A stretch of 63,836 bases of DNA, filler included, from Reclinomonas americana ATCC 50394 (lineage: Eukaryota), in NCBI GenBank assembly GCA_048213135.1. It is 5 parts of 4 records of this genome, joined end to end, with 100 filler letters (N's around TTAATTAATTAA, not from the genome) between each part and the next. Parts side by side here need not be neighbours in the genome. Positions count along the whole stretch, not along the records: positions 13,202 to 37,304 come from PS015457.1; positions 37,405 to 51,803 come from PS015458.1; 3 more parts are not named here. One strand, 5' to 3'. The notes below the pieces were generated by a model that was not told where the DNA came from, did not search any database, and was given only the letters and a program-made list of their open reading frames with translations. Within the stretch, counting starts at the first letter, position 1, and each line of letters begins with the position of its first letter. The position numbers were made by a program, and so were the translations under genes. Positions 27,901 through 40,631 of this stretch are shown here, one piece after another.

Positions 27901-30900
27901 NNNNNNNNNNNNNNNNNNNNNNNNNNNNNNNNNNNNNNNNNNNNNNNNNNNNNNNNNNNNNNNNNNNNNNNNNNNNNNNNNNNNNNNNNNNNNNNNNNNN
28001 NNNNNNNNNNNNNNNNNNNNNNNNNNNNNNNNNNNNNNNNNNNNNNNNNNNNNNNNNNNNNNNNNNNNNNNNNNNNNNNNNNNNNNNNNNNNNNNNNNNN
28101 NNNNNNNNNNNGCTCTCTCTCTCTCTCCCACCACTCTCTCCTCTCTATGTCCTCTCTATCTCTCTCCTTCTCGCCTCTCTCTCTCTCTCCCTCCCTTTCT
28201 CGGCCTCTCTCTCTCGACCTGCCTCTCTCTCTTTCATTCCCTTCTCCTCTCCTTGCTGTCTCCCTCCCACTCTAACTCATTCTCCTTGTCATCTCTCTCT
28301 CTCTCTTCCCTCCCTCCCTTCCTCCCTTCCGCACCTGGCACCACAAACGCCGCACTCGTTCCCGCAATCATTGCGTCGGCTGCATACACCAACTGCACCG
28401 TTAGTGACGTCCCCACAGGCAACGTGCTCGTGCTCCACCACAGTAAACTCTCCGTCGCCGCACTGGCGCAGCTCAGTGGCGCACCCGTCTGCAACGTCAC
28501 TCCGTTCGATGCCACCACATTCACCGCCGTCACCAGCTGATGCGCGCAGCGCACACCAACATTGACACGCTCCGGCCACACCGACACAATGCGCACCGCC
28601 AGCTGCCACGCGACCACCGTCACACTGCTCGAACTCGAGCGCTTGCTGCCAGCAACAGCCGCATCACGCACCGATAGCACCACCGACCCGCCCAGAGACA
28701 CTAGTGCCGACGGCGGTCGCCAATCAACGGTGATGGAGCCACTCGGACACGCCGTCGCGCCATTCACAGTGCCAATCACAATTGGTGCCGTCGACATCGG
28801 TGCCGTCGCCTCCACCACCACACTCGTGCCAACGAGCGGATTCGCCACACAGCCGAATCGAACGCGATACAGCGTGTCCGTGCTGACAGTGCTCACCACA
28901 GTGGGCATGCCGCCGACAGTGATCACCACTGGCACCGGTGTGAACGTGTCTGCAATGGCACCCACTTGGCCGACGGCACTCACCGCACCGCTCGCAGCAC
29001 CAAACACGAGTGCACTGTGCATCACCTCAATCGACACCGTGTACCCGCCAGCCGCCGCACCGCCCATGGCCAACGACGCACGCGCCGCAGTCCAACTCAG
29101 CGCCGTCGACGCACACGCCACGGTCGACGACGACGTTACTCGTGCCACCTCCACCGTATCCGCCGCATTCGCACTGCCTGTCACTGATACCAGCAGCCGC
29201 ACGGAGCCGCCAGGCACATTGCAAGTGTACGGCACGGAGTACGTGTAGCCCTCGTACACAGTGCTCGGAAACATGCCGCCCGTCGGAGTCGCACTCGCCG
29301 TCAGCACCTGCATCACGGACGACTGACCGGCTGCGCCGGCATAGCCCGTCTGTTGCACTGACACCCGCGTGTTGTTCGATCCGCTCAGACTGCTGTTCAC
29401 CGTCCACTGCGTCGTGTTCTCCACCGCCAAGTCGCCACACGTCGACGACACACCAGTTCCCACCGTTATCGTTCCATTCACGGTCACGTCGACGCTGCTG
29501 GTTGCTGCTCGTGCACACCGCCACCCAATCGTGTACTGCACGCCCACAAACACCACACCACTGTGACCCGTCGGCACCACCACTCGCACACCCGTCACAT
29601 CCATCGTCGGCAACGAAAACATCGCACTCGACGACCGACTCGTCAGTCGCGGCAAGTCGGCCACATCCAGCGCCAGATCAACGGCTCCCGAAAACGACAC
29701 ACTCGGCTGCCACACATACGTCTGGCTGGCGGCACTCGGCCCGCACGTGGCAGCCACATTGCTGCCAATCACCGTTTCGGCACTCGCACTGGTCGCCGTC
29801 CGAACCGATACTTGCACGGCCGAGACAAGTGCGTTTCTACACGTGAACACGAGGCTGACGCTGTCCGCCGACGCCACCGACACCGAGTTGACCACAATGC
29901 TGCTGAGCGACGACCCGAATGCAGACGATGTGCGGCTCAGTGACAGTCCGTCCACATCAATCAGCTGCACTTGCAGTTGATACGTGCTCGCAGCAGCCTC
30001 GTCCATCCCCACCGCCACCCACACTCGCGAGTTGAGCGTGGCGCCAGCATCGCACCGAGCCGGATAGGCTTCAAGAACAGCGCGCACGTTGCTGCTGTCA
30101 CTCACACGCTGCACAGTCACCGCCACTCGAGCATTCACATCGCGTGACCAGCACCGCCATCGAAGAGTGTACTCGAAGCCGCGGAACACTGTGCTTGGAA
30201 TGCTGCTGCCATCGATCGTCAAGTCCTCTGCGGAGAAAAGAGAGCATGTGAGCACACCCATAATGTGAATGACTGTCGCAAGCTCTCCTTTCTTGTCTCT
30301 CTCTCTCTCTCTCTCCACAAATAACGCACCGATCGCAATGGTTCCGGCTGATGTGTACGGTGATGTAGACGAGAAGCGGACGCACACAAGAAGCCCGTTG
30401 ATCGCGGCCAACCCGTTCAAGCCAAGCACAAACGAGATGCGAGTACTCGACACAAATGTCACACTGCTCGGCACGCGAGTCCACGCGTCCGCCATGTTGA
30501 TCGGAGAGCACGACCGCGCAACAACAACCGCCTGCGCATCTCCACCGGCCGTGAGGTCCGTGAACGACTGACCGTTGATGTTGAACGACTGCTGCGACCC
30601 AACACCGCCAATACTGACAGCGGCAGGTGACACGGACGAGAACCCAGCTGTGCACATCAAAGTAAACACACACATATATCCACACAAGTGAGTCGATTGA
30701 TCATTCGGCCAAAGAAAAAACACCACGATACGAACCCACGTCAAGTGTGCCGACGCTGGAAAACGGCGCTCCTGTTCCCCACGATGCACATATCTGGTAC
30801 GTGCCAGACACGCTGCTCAGTCCCAGATACGGAACACCCAGACTGATACTATTGTTCGTGATGGCTGTCGCCGTGAGCGTGGCCACAGACGGCCCACTGG

Positions 30901-33900
30901 CACACGAGGCACGAAGTACAAATGATGTCGTCGACTGGCTGCCCACGTAACCCCCGCCGCCAGTCACTGTCACCATGCCCGGCGTCAGATCTCGCAGCAT
31001 CATTGGTGGACTCGTAGTGGTCGTCGACACAGTGTAAATTCCGAGTGACGCCAACATTGATGGAGGTTGACTGGGAATCTGGGTGCACAAATAGTACACG
31101 CCGCCAGTCTGGCCACTTCCGTCCACCGTCAACGACGCCGTGGTTGACGTGACTGACCCAACTGTCACTCCCACGGTCGTCGGTACCATACATGCGCTGT
31201 CCGATGTCACAAACACAATCAGCGTGCCACCGAAGCCGCTCCCTTTCAGCACCTCAATCTGTCCTCCGACAGCCGGAATCGCCGTTGGCGACACCCCAGT
31301 AACAACAAACACGCCAATCTGGCCTGCATCCACATATCCGAGGGTCGGCCACAATCGCACACACAGTCGATAGACGTTAGTCGACACGCCGGTGGCATCG
31401 AAGCCAAATACCAACTGCGTGGTGCTGGCCGACGACAGAGATGTCGTGTACCGCACAGCGGAAATGTCGGCGTTGCTGCACGTCGGGTTGGACGCAGCAT
31501 CCACCACCAATGCCACTGGGTCTGTCGGCACCGTGCGCGCACCAGGCGGTAGCAAGCCAGTTCCTGACACACGAAGCTGGTGTGTCACACCGACGCCGGC
31601 CAGAATCGAACTGGGAACGAGCGAAGAGAATGATGCTGCTCACACACACACATCATTTCACACCGTGAGACAGACAAGCAAACTGAAGGAAGCGAGAGCA
31701 CACGCACTCACCCACGGTGACACCAGCCGAGTACGTATCCTCATACGGAACACCGGAGGCGGCGGAAGCACGCATGCACACGCGATACACGCCACCCGTC
31801 GACGATCCACTCGGCAGCACCGTCACTGCCATGGCTGTCGAGCCCGTCACTGAGTCGACTGTCCCGCCCACACCCGCAGTCGTGTCCGCGCTCACACTGC
31901 ACGAGCCGCTGGTCAACACCAGCATGCGCGTCACTGTCTGCAGCGACGCCAAGAAGCCACCACCCGAGATCTGCAGCTGCGTGCTGTACCCCGCAGGAAT
32001 AATCGGCGGCGTGATGCTTGTGACAGAAGCCAGCGCCAAGGCGCCAGCACTCTCGTATGTCGTTGCACCAGTCGACCACCGAATGCCTGTGCGCAAACAC
32101 CCGGGCGTGAGAACGAAGCAAGTGACACTCAAAATCGATGAACTGCATATTCCTCTCCCTTCTCTCCCCCAAACTCACACAGCTGATAGTTGCCAGCTGG
32201 CGTTGTCGCCGATGCACTCACGACGCTGGTTGACAACGTCTGCGCGTCCACATACTGCGTCGACTGTGTCGACGTTGACATGACTGCTGTCGGTGCCGCG
32301 GCCGCACACGACGATGACACCACAAATAGGGAAGCGTCGCCGGTCAACGAGGCCACGAATCCACCACCTCCGACTTGCACCGTGTGCCTGTGAGAATGAA
32401 GGGGCATTATGAGATCCAAATTCGTTGTCATGGGCGCATCACTCTTCAGCAAACTCACGAGTTGCTGGCTGAGATGAAGATCAGAGCCGGTGTCACAGAG
32501 GTTGCACGGGCAATGTTGACCACGCCGAGTGAACCAGCGACTGCCGACGCACTCCACCGAATGCTGTGCGCATCGACACCAACAATCAGTAACCCGTGGA
32601 AAACGCACAAGAAGCACAAGACTCTCCATGCAGACGCACCAGAGAGTGTAGGCGCCCGATGGAATGCTGGTCGTATCCAGCGTAGCTTTCATCAGCGATG
32701 CACTGGTGTACGTGCCCGTCACGGCAGCTGCCGTAGCTTGCGCAACGCTCTCCTGACACCCAAAGCTGAGAGCACCGCTGTCCGATCCAAACACATTGAC
32801 AAACAGAGTGCCACTGATCGTGATCTGTGCCGTCGCTGAGGACCCAATCACAGCCGGCGACAGGCTGAATGATGGAATCGTAATGGTGGTCAGCGCCGCC
32901 CAGCTCGTGCACGCAGAGGTGGGTCTGGGAGGGAGCACAGGGAGGATTGAGGTGCACGGATCATACAGTAAACAGGCAAACAACACAAACACAGCGCGCA
33001 CCGCACGCAAAGCGTGTACGTTCCCACCGCCAGCGACGACGAATCAAACGTGAACGTCGAGCTGGTCGTCGATGGGTACGACGCTGTGATTGCCACTGAC
33101 GATGAAGCCGCTGCGCACGTAGCGCCAGACGACAGTGCATACGCTTGCGAGTCGGCCGACAGATCTGGCAACGAAGTGCCGGTCACTGTCACCACCTCCG
33201 ACGCACGTCGGAACAGCGCGAGCGGTGAAACTTGCGTGACGGCAACTGAGGTAAAGGGGACACAGCAAATCAGGTGACCATATCGAGGGAAAGAGAAAGT
33301 GAACAACAAGACCGCACCTGACGCCTGTACAGACCCAGCATCATAGTACGGCGACGAAGACGACATGCGACCGCACACTCGGTACGTGGTGGCCGGCATC
33401 AGCAGCGATCCGTTGATGGCGGCAAGAACTTGCGTGTTCGACACCACTGTCGCAGGGAGGGAGAAGGCGACAGCGAACCTGCAACAGAGAATGTGAGAAA
33501 GGGAGAGAAGAAATCGTTACAGACAGGGACACGTGAAGTGGTCAATGCGTTGCACCATACACACGCGCACACAGAGAGAGAGAGAGAGAGAGCCAAGTTC
33601 ATGCACATGATGCTTCGAGAGACACACACACACAACGCACACACAATGCACACAATGCACACACAGTGCACACACAATGCACACATCCACAGGAAGTGAG
33701 GAGAAGCACACACTTACGAATATAGGAAGACAGAGAGATGCAAACCAAGCACACAACGCCCCGTCACTCCACACGGATGCGTGCATACACACACATTTGC
33801 ATGAGCAATTCAACAACACAATGCTCCACAACACGCACTCACTACGGATCTGGTCGCACATGATCCTTCTCTCTTTCTCTTCTCTCCTTTCTCTCTTCCC

Positions 33901-36900
33901 AACCACCACGCACCCCGTGTTGCATGTCGTAGCACTGAGCACCACAGCTTGCGCATCGGCTCCCACATTCTGCGAGCTGTCCGTGCGCGTCAACGACAAA
34001 CACTGACCGGCAACTTGAAACACGTTGGCCGGGGTCGATGCCGTGAAGGTGGCCTCGGCCACAAACGTGCGCAGCGTGCCATACTGCACCACAAGGCCAA
34101 TCGTCGCCACAATACGGTAAAAGTACGTCCCTCGCAGCGTCAACGCCGTAGCAGCGCCACTGGCGGTCACTGTCGATGAGCCTGTGACGGGACTCGGTGT
34201 GCCAGCCACCGACGTGGCCGTCGGAGTCGTCAGCGTGCGCAGCGTGTAATTGGTTTGATCAGTGATGTACAGGATGCCGGATATCGGATCCAGCACGATG
34301 CCATACTGCATTCAATGTGTGAGTCACAAGTTGGCCACGCATCCGAATGTTGGGAAATGACGCAACGGGTTGATTGAATCGTGCAGCCAATGAGGCGCCG
34401 TCCACCGAGTCGATTGTCAGTGAAGCCAAACCAGCGACTGTCGTGATCACGCCGGTGGAGGACACAGATCGGATGCTGTTGGATGTTTGCTGCGCGCGCG
34501 AAACAACAAACTTGTGAGAGCACAACAACAGATGTACGCTTGGTCATATGCTGTCGCGACGCAACATCGGCCACATACAGCACGTTCCTTGCGGTGTCTT
34601 GCGTCGCTGACGTAGGGAAGCGCAAGCGACCCACACCAACCGCGCCGTCAGTGAACCCGCTGTTACTCTTGGTGCCGGCAAACGTTGTCACCAGCATGGT
34701 GTTGAGGTCGATTTTCCGGATGCAATGATTGGAGCGGTCCACAATGTAAAGCAGGTTGTTGGCTCGGTCAAACACAGCATGGTACGGGCTGTTGAACTTG
34801 GGAGTACCGCCACTGCTGTCTGTGCTGCCGGCAGAGGCTGTACCGGAACCGAAAAGAGTGACCACGGTGCCACTTGCAGCAGCAGTGACCGTGCTGCACG
34901 AAAGATACAAAATGAGTTACAAAAAAGAAGAAGGCCAGTGGTTGACACGAGAAGAGAAAGCACCAACAATGAGACATGATCCAGCTGTTATTTTCTCTCT
35001 CTCCCTCTCTCTCCTCTCTCTCTCNNNNNNNNNNNNNNNNNNNNNNNNNNNNNNNNNNNNNNNNNNNNNNNNNNNNNNNNNNNNNNNNNNNNNNNNNNNN
35101 NNNNNNNNNNNNNNNNNNNNNNNNNNNNNNNNNNNNNNNNNNNNNNNNNNNNNNNNNNNNNNNNNNNNNNNNNNNNNNNNNNNNNNNNNNNNNNNNNNNN
35201 NNNNNNNNNNNNNNNNNNNNNNNNNNNNNNNNNNNNNNNNNNNNNNNNNNNNNNNNNNNNNNNNNNNNNNNNNNNNNNNNNNNNNNNNNNNNNNNNNNNN
35301 NNNNNNNNNNNNNNNNNNNNNNNNNNNNNNNNNNNNNNNNNNNNNNNNNNNNNNNNNNNNNNNNNNNNNNNNNNNNNNNNNNNNNNNNNNNNNNNNNNNN
35401 NNNNNNNNNNNNNNNNNNNNNNNNNNNNNNNNNNNNNNNNNNNNNNNNNNNNNNNNNNNNNNNNNNNNNNNNNNNNNNNNNNNNNNNNNNNNNNNNNNNN
35501 NNNNNNNNNNNNNNNNNNNNNNNNNNNNNNNNNNNNNNNNNNNNNNNNNNNNNNNNNNNNNNNNNNNNNNNNNNNNNNNNNNNNNNNNNNNNNNNNNNNN
35601 NNNNNNNNNNNNNNNNNNNNNNNNNNNNNNNNNNNNNNNNNNNNNNNNNNNNNNNNNNNNNNNNNNNNNNNNNNNNNNNNNNNNNNNNNNNNNNNNNNNN
35701 NNNNNNNNNNNNNNNNNNNNNNNNNNNNNNNNNNNNNNNNNNNNNNNNNNNNNNNNNNTCTTCGTCGTCGTACGTAACCGTTACGTACCGTACCGTACCT
35801 ACTTCGTACGTACGTACGTTACGTCCGTACTACGTTCCGTTCTACTCAGTCTTGTCTTTCTCTCTTTCTCTTTCTCTTTCTCTTTCTCTCCTTCTCCAGC
35901 ATCCCGTTCCTGTCTCACGCACTCCTTCCCTCACGCGTACATGCGCAACGCTTCCAGCTAGGGCACAAACGCTGCCAGATGAATCTCTCGCACACTTTCG
36001 CTCTCCCACTTTCACACGTACACACACAAACAAGACATGCGAGCCACGCTCCACTCTCTTTTCCTCTTCTTCTTTGTCTTCCTGTTCCTATTCCTCTTCC
36101 TCTTCTCTTCTAATTCCTCTTTCTGTTCCACTTTCAGTAGCATTATCTCAGGTACTATGACACATTCTTCTCTTCTTCTATGTTCTCTTCTCCTTCAGCT
36201 CACCGAATGGCGTGGTTGGACGTATCAGCGACATAGAGCATTTGGCCGACGGGGTCCACAAACACGCCACGCGGAGTGTTGAATGCCGCCGCAGATCCAG
36301 TGCCATCTACCCACAGCGGAGTGCCTGGCTGCCCGGCAATGGTGGTCACCACACCGCCGGTGGTGATACGGCGGATAATGTGACTGAGGCTGTCGGCCAC
36401 ATACAGGAAGTTGTTGGCAGTGTCATACGACACAGAGCCAGGACTGCAAACCGCAGAAAGTTAGAAAGCTTGTGCTGCATAGCACTTGCACGAGAGTTAC
36501 GATGCACGCACGAATTAAAACGCGCTGCACTCCCGGTGCCGTCAAGGTAGCCGCGGAAATTACCGGTGCCGGCAAATGTGCTCACTGTGAACGAGCTGAG
36601 CACCACTTTGCGAATGGTACTAAATCTGTTCGTCACAGAACACAGGCACATGAGTTTAGCCCGCAAGATGTGTGAATGAGATTACTGTGCCACGTACCCG
36701 CTGTCCGCAATGTATGCGTTGCCGAGGCCGTCGAGAGTGATGCCTTGGGGAATGTAGAACCGCGCTGCCGTACCAACACCATTCGTTGTGCCATTCACAG
36801 TGGCAACTCCAGCAACCGTCGACACATTCCACACAAAAGCCGGCATGGTAGTGGCGTACTCAAACGTGACAGAAACGGAGCCGACACTGCTGGCATTCAC

Positions 36901-37174
36901 CGTCCCGTACATGGTGGCAGCACTGTCGGCCGTCACGGCCGTCGTCGTGCTGGCCAGCTGCGGTGCGCTGGACATGGTGGTCACGCCAAATACATTGCCG
37001 TAGATGGGAACCGCAGACGACGTGGCCACGACTCGGTAATAGTAAATGGTGTTGGTGGTGAGTCCGGTGACAGTGGCGGTGACGAGCGATGATGAGGTGC
37101 CGGTGAGTGTGGAAGGGGTGGTGGAAACCACCGACGCTTGTGGAAATGTCATCTTGCGAATCACGCTGTTGAGA
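23204..37174 (-). CDS. Giant type I membrane protein: split-FN3/NHL module(s), many Cys-containing Ig/IPT-like repeats, TM helix and Ser/Pro-rich tail; 5' end missing
   Basis: NHL exons at about 34250-36830. Repeats end in YxLC/YRVC (about 30300-34050) or contain YxLxWxC (about 24200-30230). The TM segment WAIALSVVLPLLFLLLLLLLLLWFL is followed by RKRQLQKR at about 23670-23570. Stop at 23204. Confidence 0.8.
26880..27300. repeat. Intronic degenerate repeat, 3 copies (CGTCTGCGG..CGTCTCGCCTTTGT..CTCGTCCGTCAT)
   Basis: Copies at about 26893, 27039 (diverged) and 27217. Confidence 0.7.
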
Positions 37175-37348
37175 CTGCAACGATGGCGGGAAGCAAGTGA
37201 GAGGGGAGAAAAAGGGGGTAGGAAGATGGAAGACGAAGAGGGGAAGAAGAAGGGGCGAGCGACAGGGGGGAAGCGACAGGGGGGAAGCGACAGGGGGAAG
37301 GGACNNNNNNNNNNNNNNNNNNNNNNNNNNNNNNNNNNNNNNNNNNNN

Positions 37349-37360
37349 TTAATTAATTAA
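37349..37360. other. Artificial six-frame-stop scaffold linker
   Basis: TTAATTAATTAA inside an N block. Confidence 0.97.
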
Positions 37361-38025
37361 NNNNNNNNNNNNNNNNNNNNNNNNNNNNNNNNNNNNNNNN
37401 NNNNGGCACGCTTTCTTTTATTTGGTGTCAATACTGCTGATTGGGCAATAGAGCGCGAGAGTTAATATGATGGCGGACGAGAGACAGCAGGCAATGAAGG
37501 ATGAAGAGACAGCTGGGAGAGCGAGTGGGATGAGAAGAATGGCGGACGAGCGATACAGAAAGAGCAAGGGAAACTGCGGGAAGACACAGGAGAAATGAGG
37601 AGGAAGAGACGGACGAGCGATGTGCTGTATCTCTCCCCCCACTCCCCACTTTTCCTGTATCTCGTAATTGTTCTCATTGTTCTTTTTCTCGTTTCTTCCG
37701 TGTCTCCTGCCCTGCCTGCTGTTTCTCGCCCTTCTGTGGAGGTGCGATGAGAGCAGCAGAAAGAGTGCAAGAGCGAGAGATGCAGAATGAGTAAGGAAGG
37801 GATGCTGGGAAACATCAGGATGGGCGAGAGGCAGGGGGGAAAGAGGAGGATTCATGTGGGGACAGAAGCGAGGGATGCAAGAGTCGACAGATGGGCAAGG
37901 TAGAGTGCTTGGAGTTTGAGAGTCGTAGGTGGAAGAGGGTGAGAGAGCATGGCTGACGTCGCAACATACTTCCCCATCTCGCCTCTCTCCGCATCCTCTC
38001 ACCGCTCTTTATTTTTCTTACGCAG

Positions 38026-40156
38026 TACTCGTCGTACGGCTATGTTGGTACGTGCTCCCGTCTCCCGCTGTGCTGTGCGTATTTGTGCTTGTGCTGAGTT
38101 ATGCCATCAGCCTACGATGGCCATGCCAACCGCCTGATTGTGGCCTTCAAGGGCACCGACGACCTCGCCGACACCCTGGCCGACCTCGACATGTGCCACA
38201 CCAAGCTGTGGGACACAGGTTCGTGCAATGTGTACATTGCGCTGTGCTTGCTTTCGCTGACACATCGCTTTAGGTGTCAAGGTGCACAAGGGCTTCCTGC
38301 GCTCATACGAGGTGCGTCATGGCCTCGCCCGCTTTTATGTGCTCCATCCGCTAATTGCTCCCATTTTGTGCAGGCCTGCAAGGAGCAGTGGTATGAGGAC
38401 TTTGACCGCCACAACAAGAACCACCCCGACGCGGAGATTGTCGTCCTCGGGTTCGTGTACTTGTCGTCTCCCTGCTTATCTGGCACGCACTGAATGCTCC
38501 CTCATGTTTATGCAGACACTCGCTCGGTGGCGCGCAGGCTACGCTGGCGTCGTTGGATCTGACCTACCGCCACAGCATTGACGTTGCGTGGGAGGGTACT
38601 TTCTCCTTGTGTCCCTTGTCCTTTTGTTTGCTTGCAGTTCCTCCTCCACATACTTCTCCCTGCCTGAGTTCCCTCTCCTCCCCCGTCCTAGTCTCCCGAT
38701 TACTCCTCTCTCCTTTCCTCCCTCTCCCGTTGTCTCTCCTCATCTCTCCTCTCTTCACTCCTCCCCTATCCTCTCCTCTCCCCTCTTTTCTGCTTCCTCA
38801 CTCTGACTCCTCGTTTGCTTTCACACGTCTTCTTTTACTTTCTCTCCGCTTCCTCCTCTTTCCTGTCCTCATCGTGTTTCACTCCTTTCATACTTGCGTT
38901 TTGTCAGTTTTCTCCCCTGTCGCTCTTGTTGTCCATTTCCTGGCTTCTTCTCATCCTCTCCGTCTCACTGCTCCTCTCCTCTTCAAATTCATCGTGCTCT
39001 TCCTCATCTGTCTCTTCTTCCGCCTCCCGCCCCCTCCCCCTTGTCCTTCCTCCTCTTTCGCCCTCCTCCTCCCCCTCACTTTCCCTCCTCCCTCCACCTC
39101 GTTCGCCCTTCTCCCTCATCCTCCTCCCGCCTCACTTCCATCTCCCACTCCTTCCATCCCTTTTACCCTCCTCCCTCTCCCTGCCCTCCTCCCCCTCCCC
39201 TCCCTCGCCTCCACCCTCACTCTCCCTCCTCCTCCCCGCCACCCACAGCCGAACCGCATGATGGTATTCACTTTCGGCAGCCCGCGCGTTGGCGCCGACA
39301 ATTCGTTCTACCCGTTCTACATCAGCGAGATCCCGCTCGGACGCTCGTGGCGCATTGTGCAGTTGCGTCTCTCGGTGGACAGCAGTTCCTTTCTGCATTA
39401 ATTCTCACATTCTCCTTCTCCACTTTGCAGCAACCACGACATTGTGCCTGGTGAGTCTTTTCTCGGTGTGAATTTCTACGTACTGTTTCTTGATCTCACA
39501 CATCTCTCTCTCTCTCCATTGTGCAGACGTGAGTGATCGTGATGGAGAAACAAGTGGTGTTACTCAATAATCGAGCTTATTAACCCTTGCGTCTTCCCGC
39601 AGTTGCCGCCGAGCTACTTCAACTACGAGCACGTGCCGATCGAGGTGTGGTACAACAAGGTGCGTTCGTGCTTTTGACAAGCCATTTCGCTTCGTTCCCT
39701 CTCTCACCACTCACTCTCTCCTCGCAGGACAACACCCAGTTCAAGGTGTGCGAGCCGACCAAGGACTGCGGACCCCGTTGCGTTGCATTTCCCCTCCAGA
39801 GAAATGCATGCTAGCGTGTGCTCACTCTTGCCGTTTCCGTGCACAGAGCTCAACCTGTCGTCTGCCGGTACGCTTGCTTTGCACATTCACACACGCTCAT
39901 CTACCACTCATGTTTCTTTTGTTCTCCTCGTGCCGACCGCCAGACCACCACTTCTACGTTGCGTTGCCATTTCTTGTTCACCTTACACAACGGACAATCG
40001 TCTTATACAAACACGCACACACAGGTCGGCGTGCCGATCGACTGCGGCCTCAAGAGCGTGCAGATCGACGACGGCGCCTATGTGCGCGCCCTCGCCCGCA
40101 ACACGCACCGCTTCAACATGGCCGCCAACGTGTCGGAAGTGGAGCAATCCGAGTAA
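38026..40156 (+). CDS. Class 3 lipase (Lipase_3), multi-exon, 5' partial; contains a 2-nt microexon
   Basis: The spliced product contains LIVAFKGT, KVHKGFL, VLGHSLGGAQA, FTFGSPRVG, RIVHNHDIVPDLPP, YEHVPIEVWY and DHHFYVG. Confidence 0.93.
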
Positions 40157-40214
40157 CAAACGCGCGAGCAGCATTGTCGGTATTGTCAGTCAGTTTATAG
40201 TGCGCGAGTAAACT

Positions 40215-40594
40215 ATGACTGAGCAGCACATGCAAGCGACCACGCGTGCTCTTGTGGACCACTTGCGTCCACTGGATGAACGTCTGCGCAATCGCGCGGG
40301 AATGACTGCGCGCAAGGCGACAACGTACACGCTGAGTCATGGCACGAGGGTGGCACGACATGCGAGTCTCTCGCCTGTGCGGCATAAGCCACTGGCGCCT
40401 GCCAAGCAAGAGGTAGAAAGAGAGAGAGAGAGAGAGAAGAGGAGAGGGAGGGGGAGGGGGAGGGGGAGAGGAGTGGGGAGGGGGAGGGGGAGAGAAAGGG
40501 GAAGAAACGGAAGAGATGCACGTGTTGTGTGTGAGAGAGAGAGATTAGGTGTCTGCAGGTGACGGATAGTCGCACCTATTGACTCCGTCTGTCT

Positions 40595-40631
<37 letters not shown>

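Noticed and set aside
25476..33277. Long plus-strand ORFs opposite the giant membrane-protein gene
   Set aside because: They are antisense shadows of GC-rich, Val/Thr/Ala/Ser-rich coding exons.
35759..35845. Odd TACG/GTAC-rich palindromic stretch (also 8605-8645 and 14125-14138)
   Set aside because: It abuts gaps and follows a T-A-C-G cycle, consistent with pyrosequencing read-end noise.
39359..39362. Possible GC-AG intron in the lipase (ATTGT|GCAGTT)
   Set aside because: The GTTGCG donor at 39362 gives the better motif RIVHNHDIVP.
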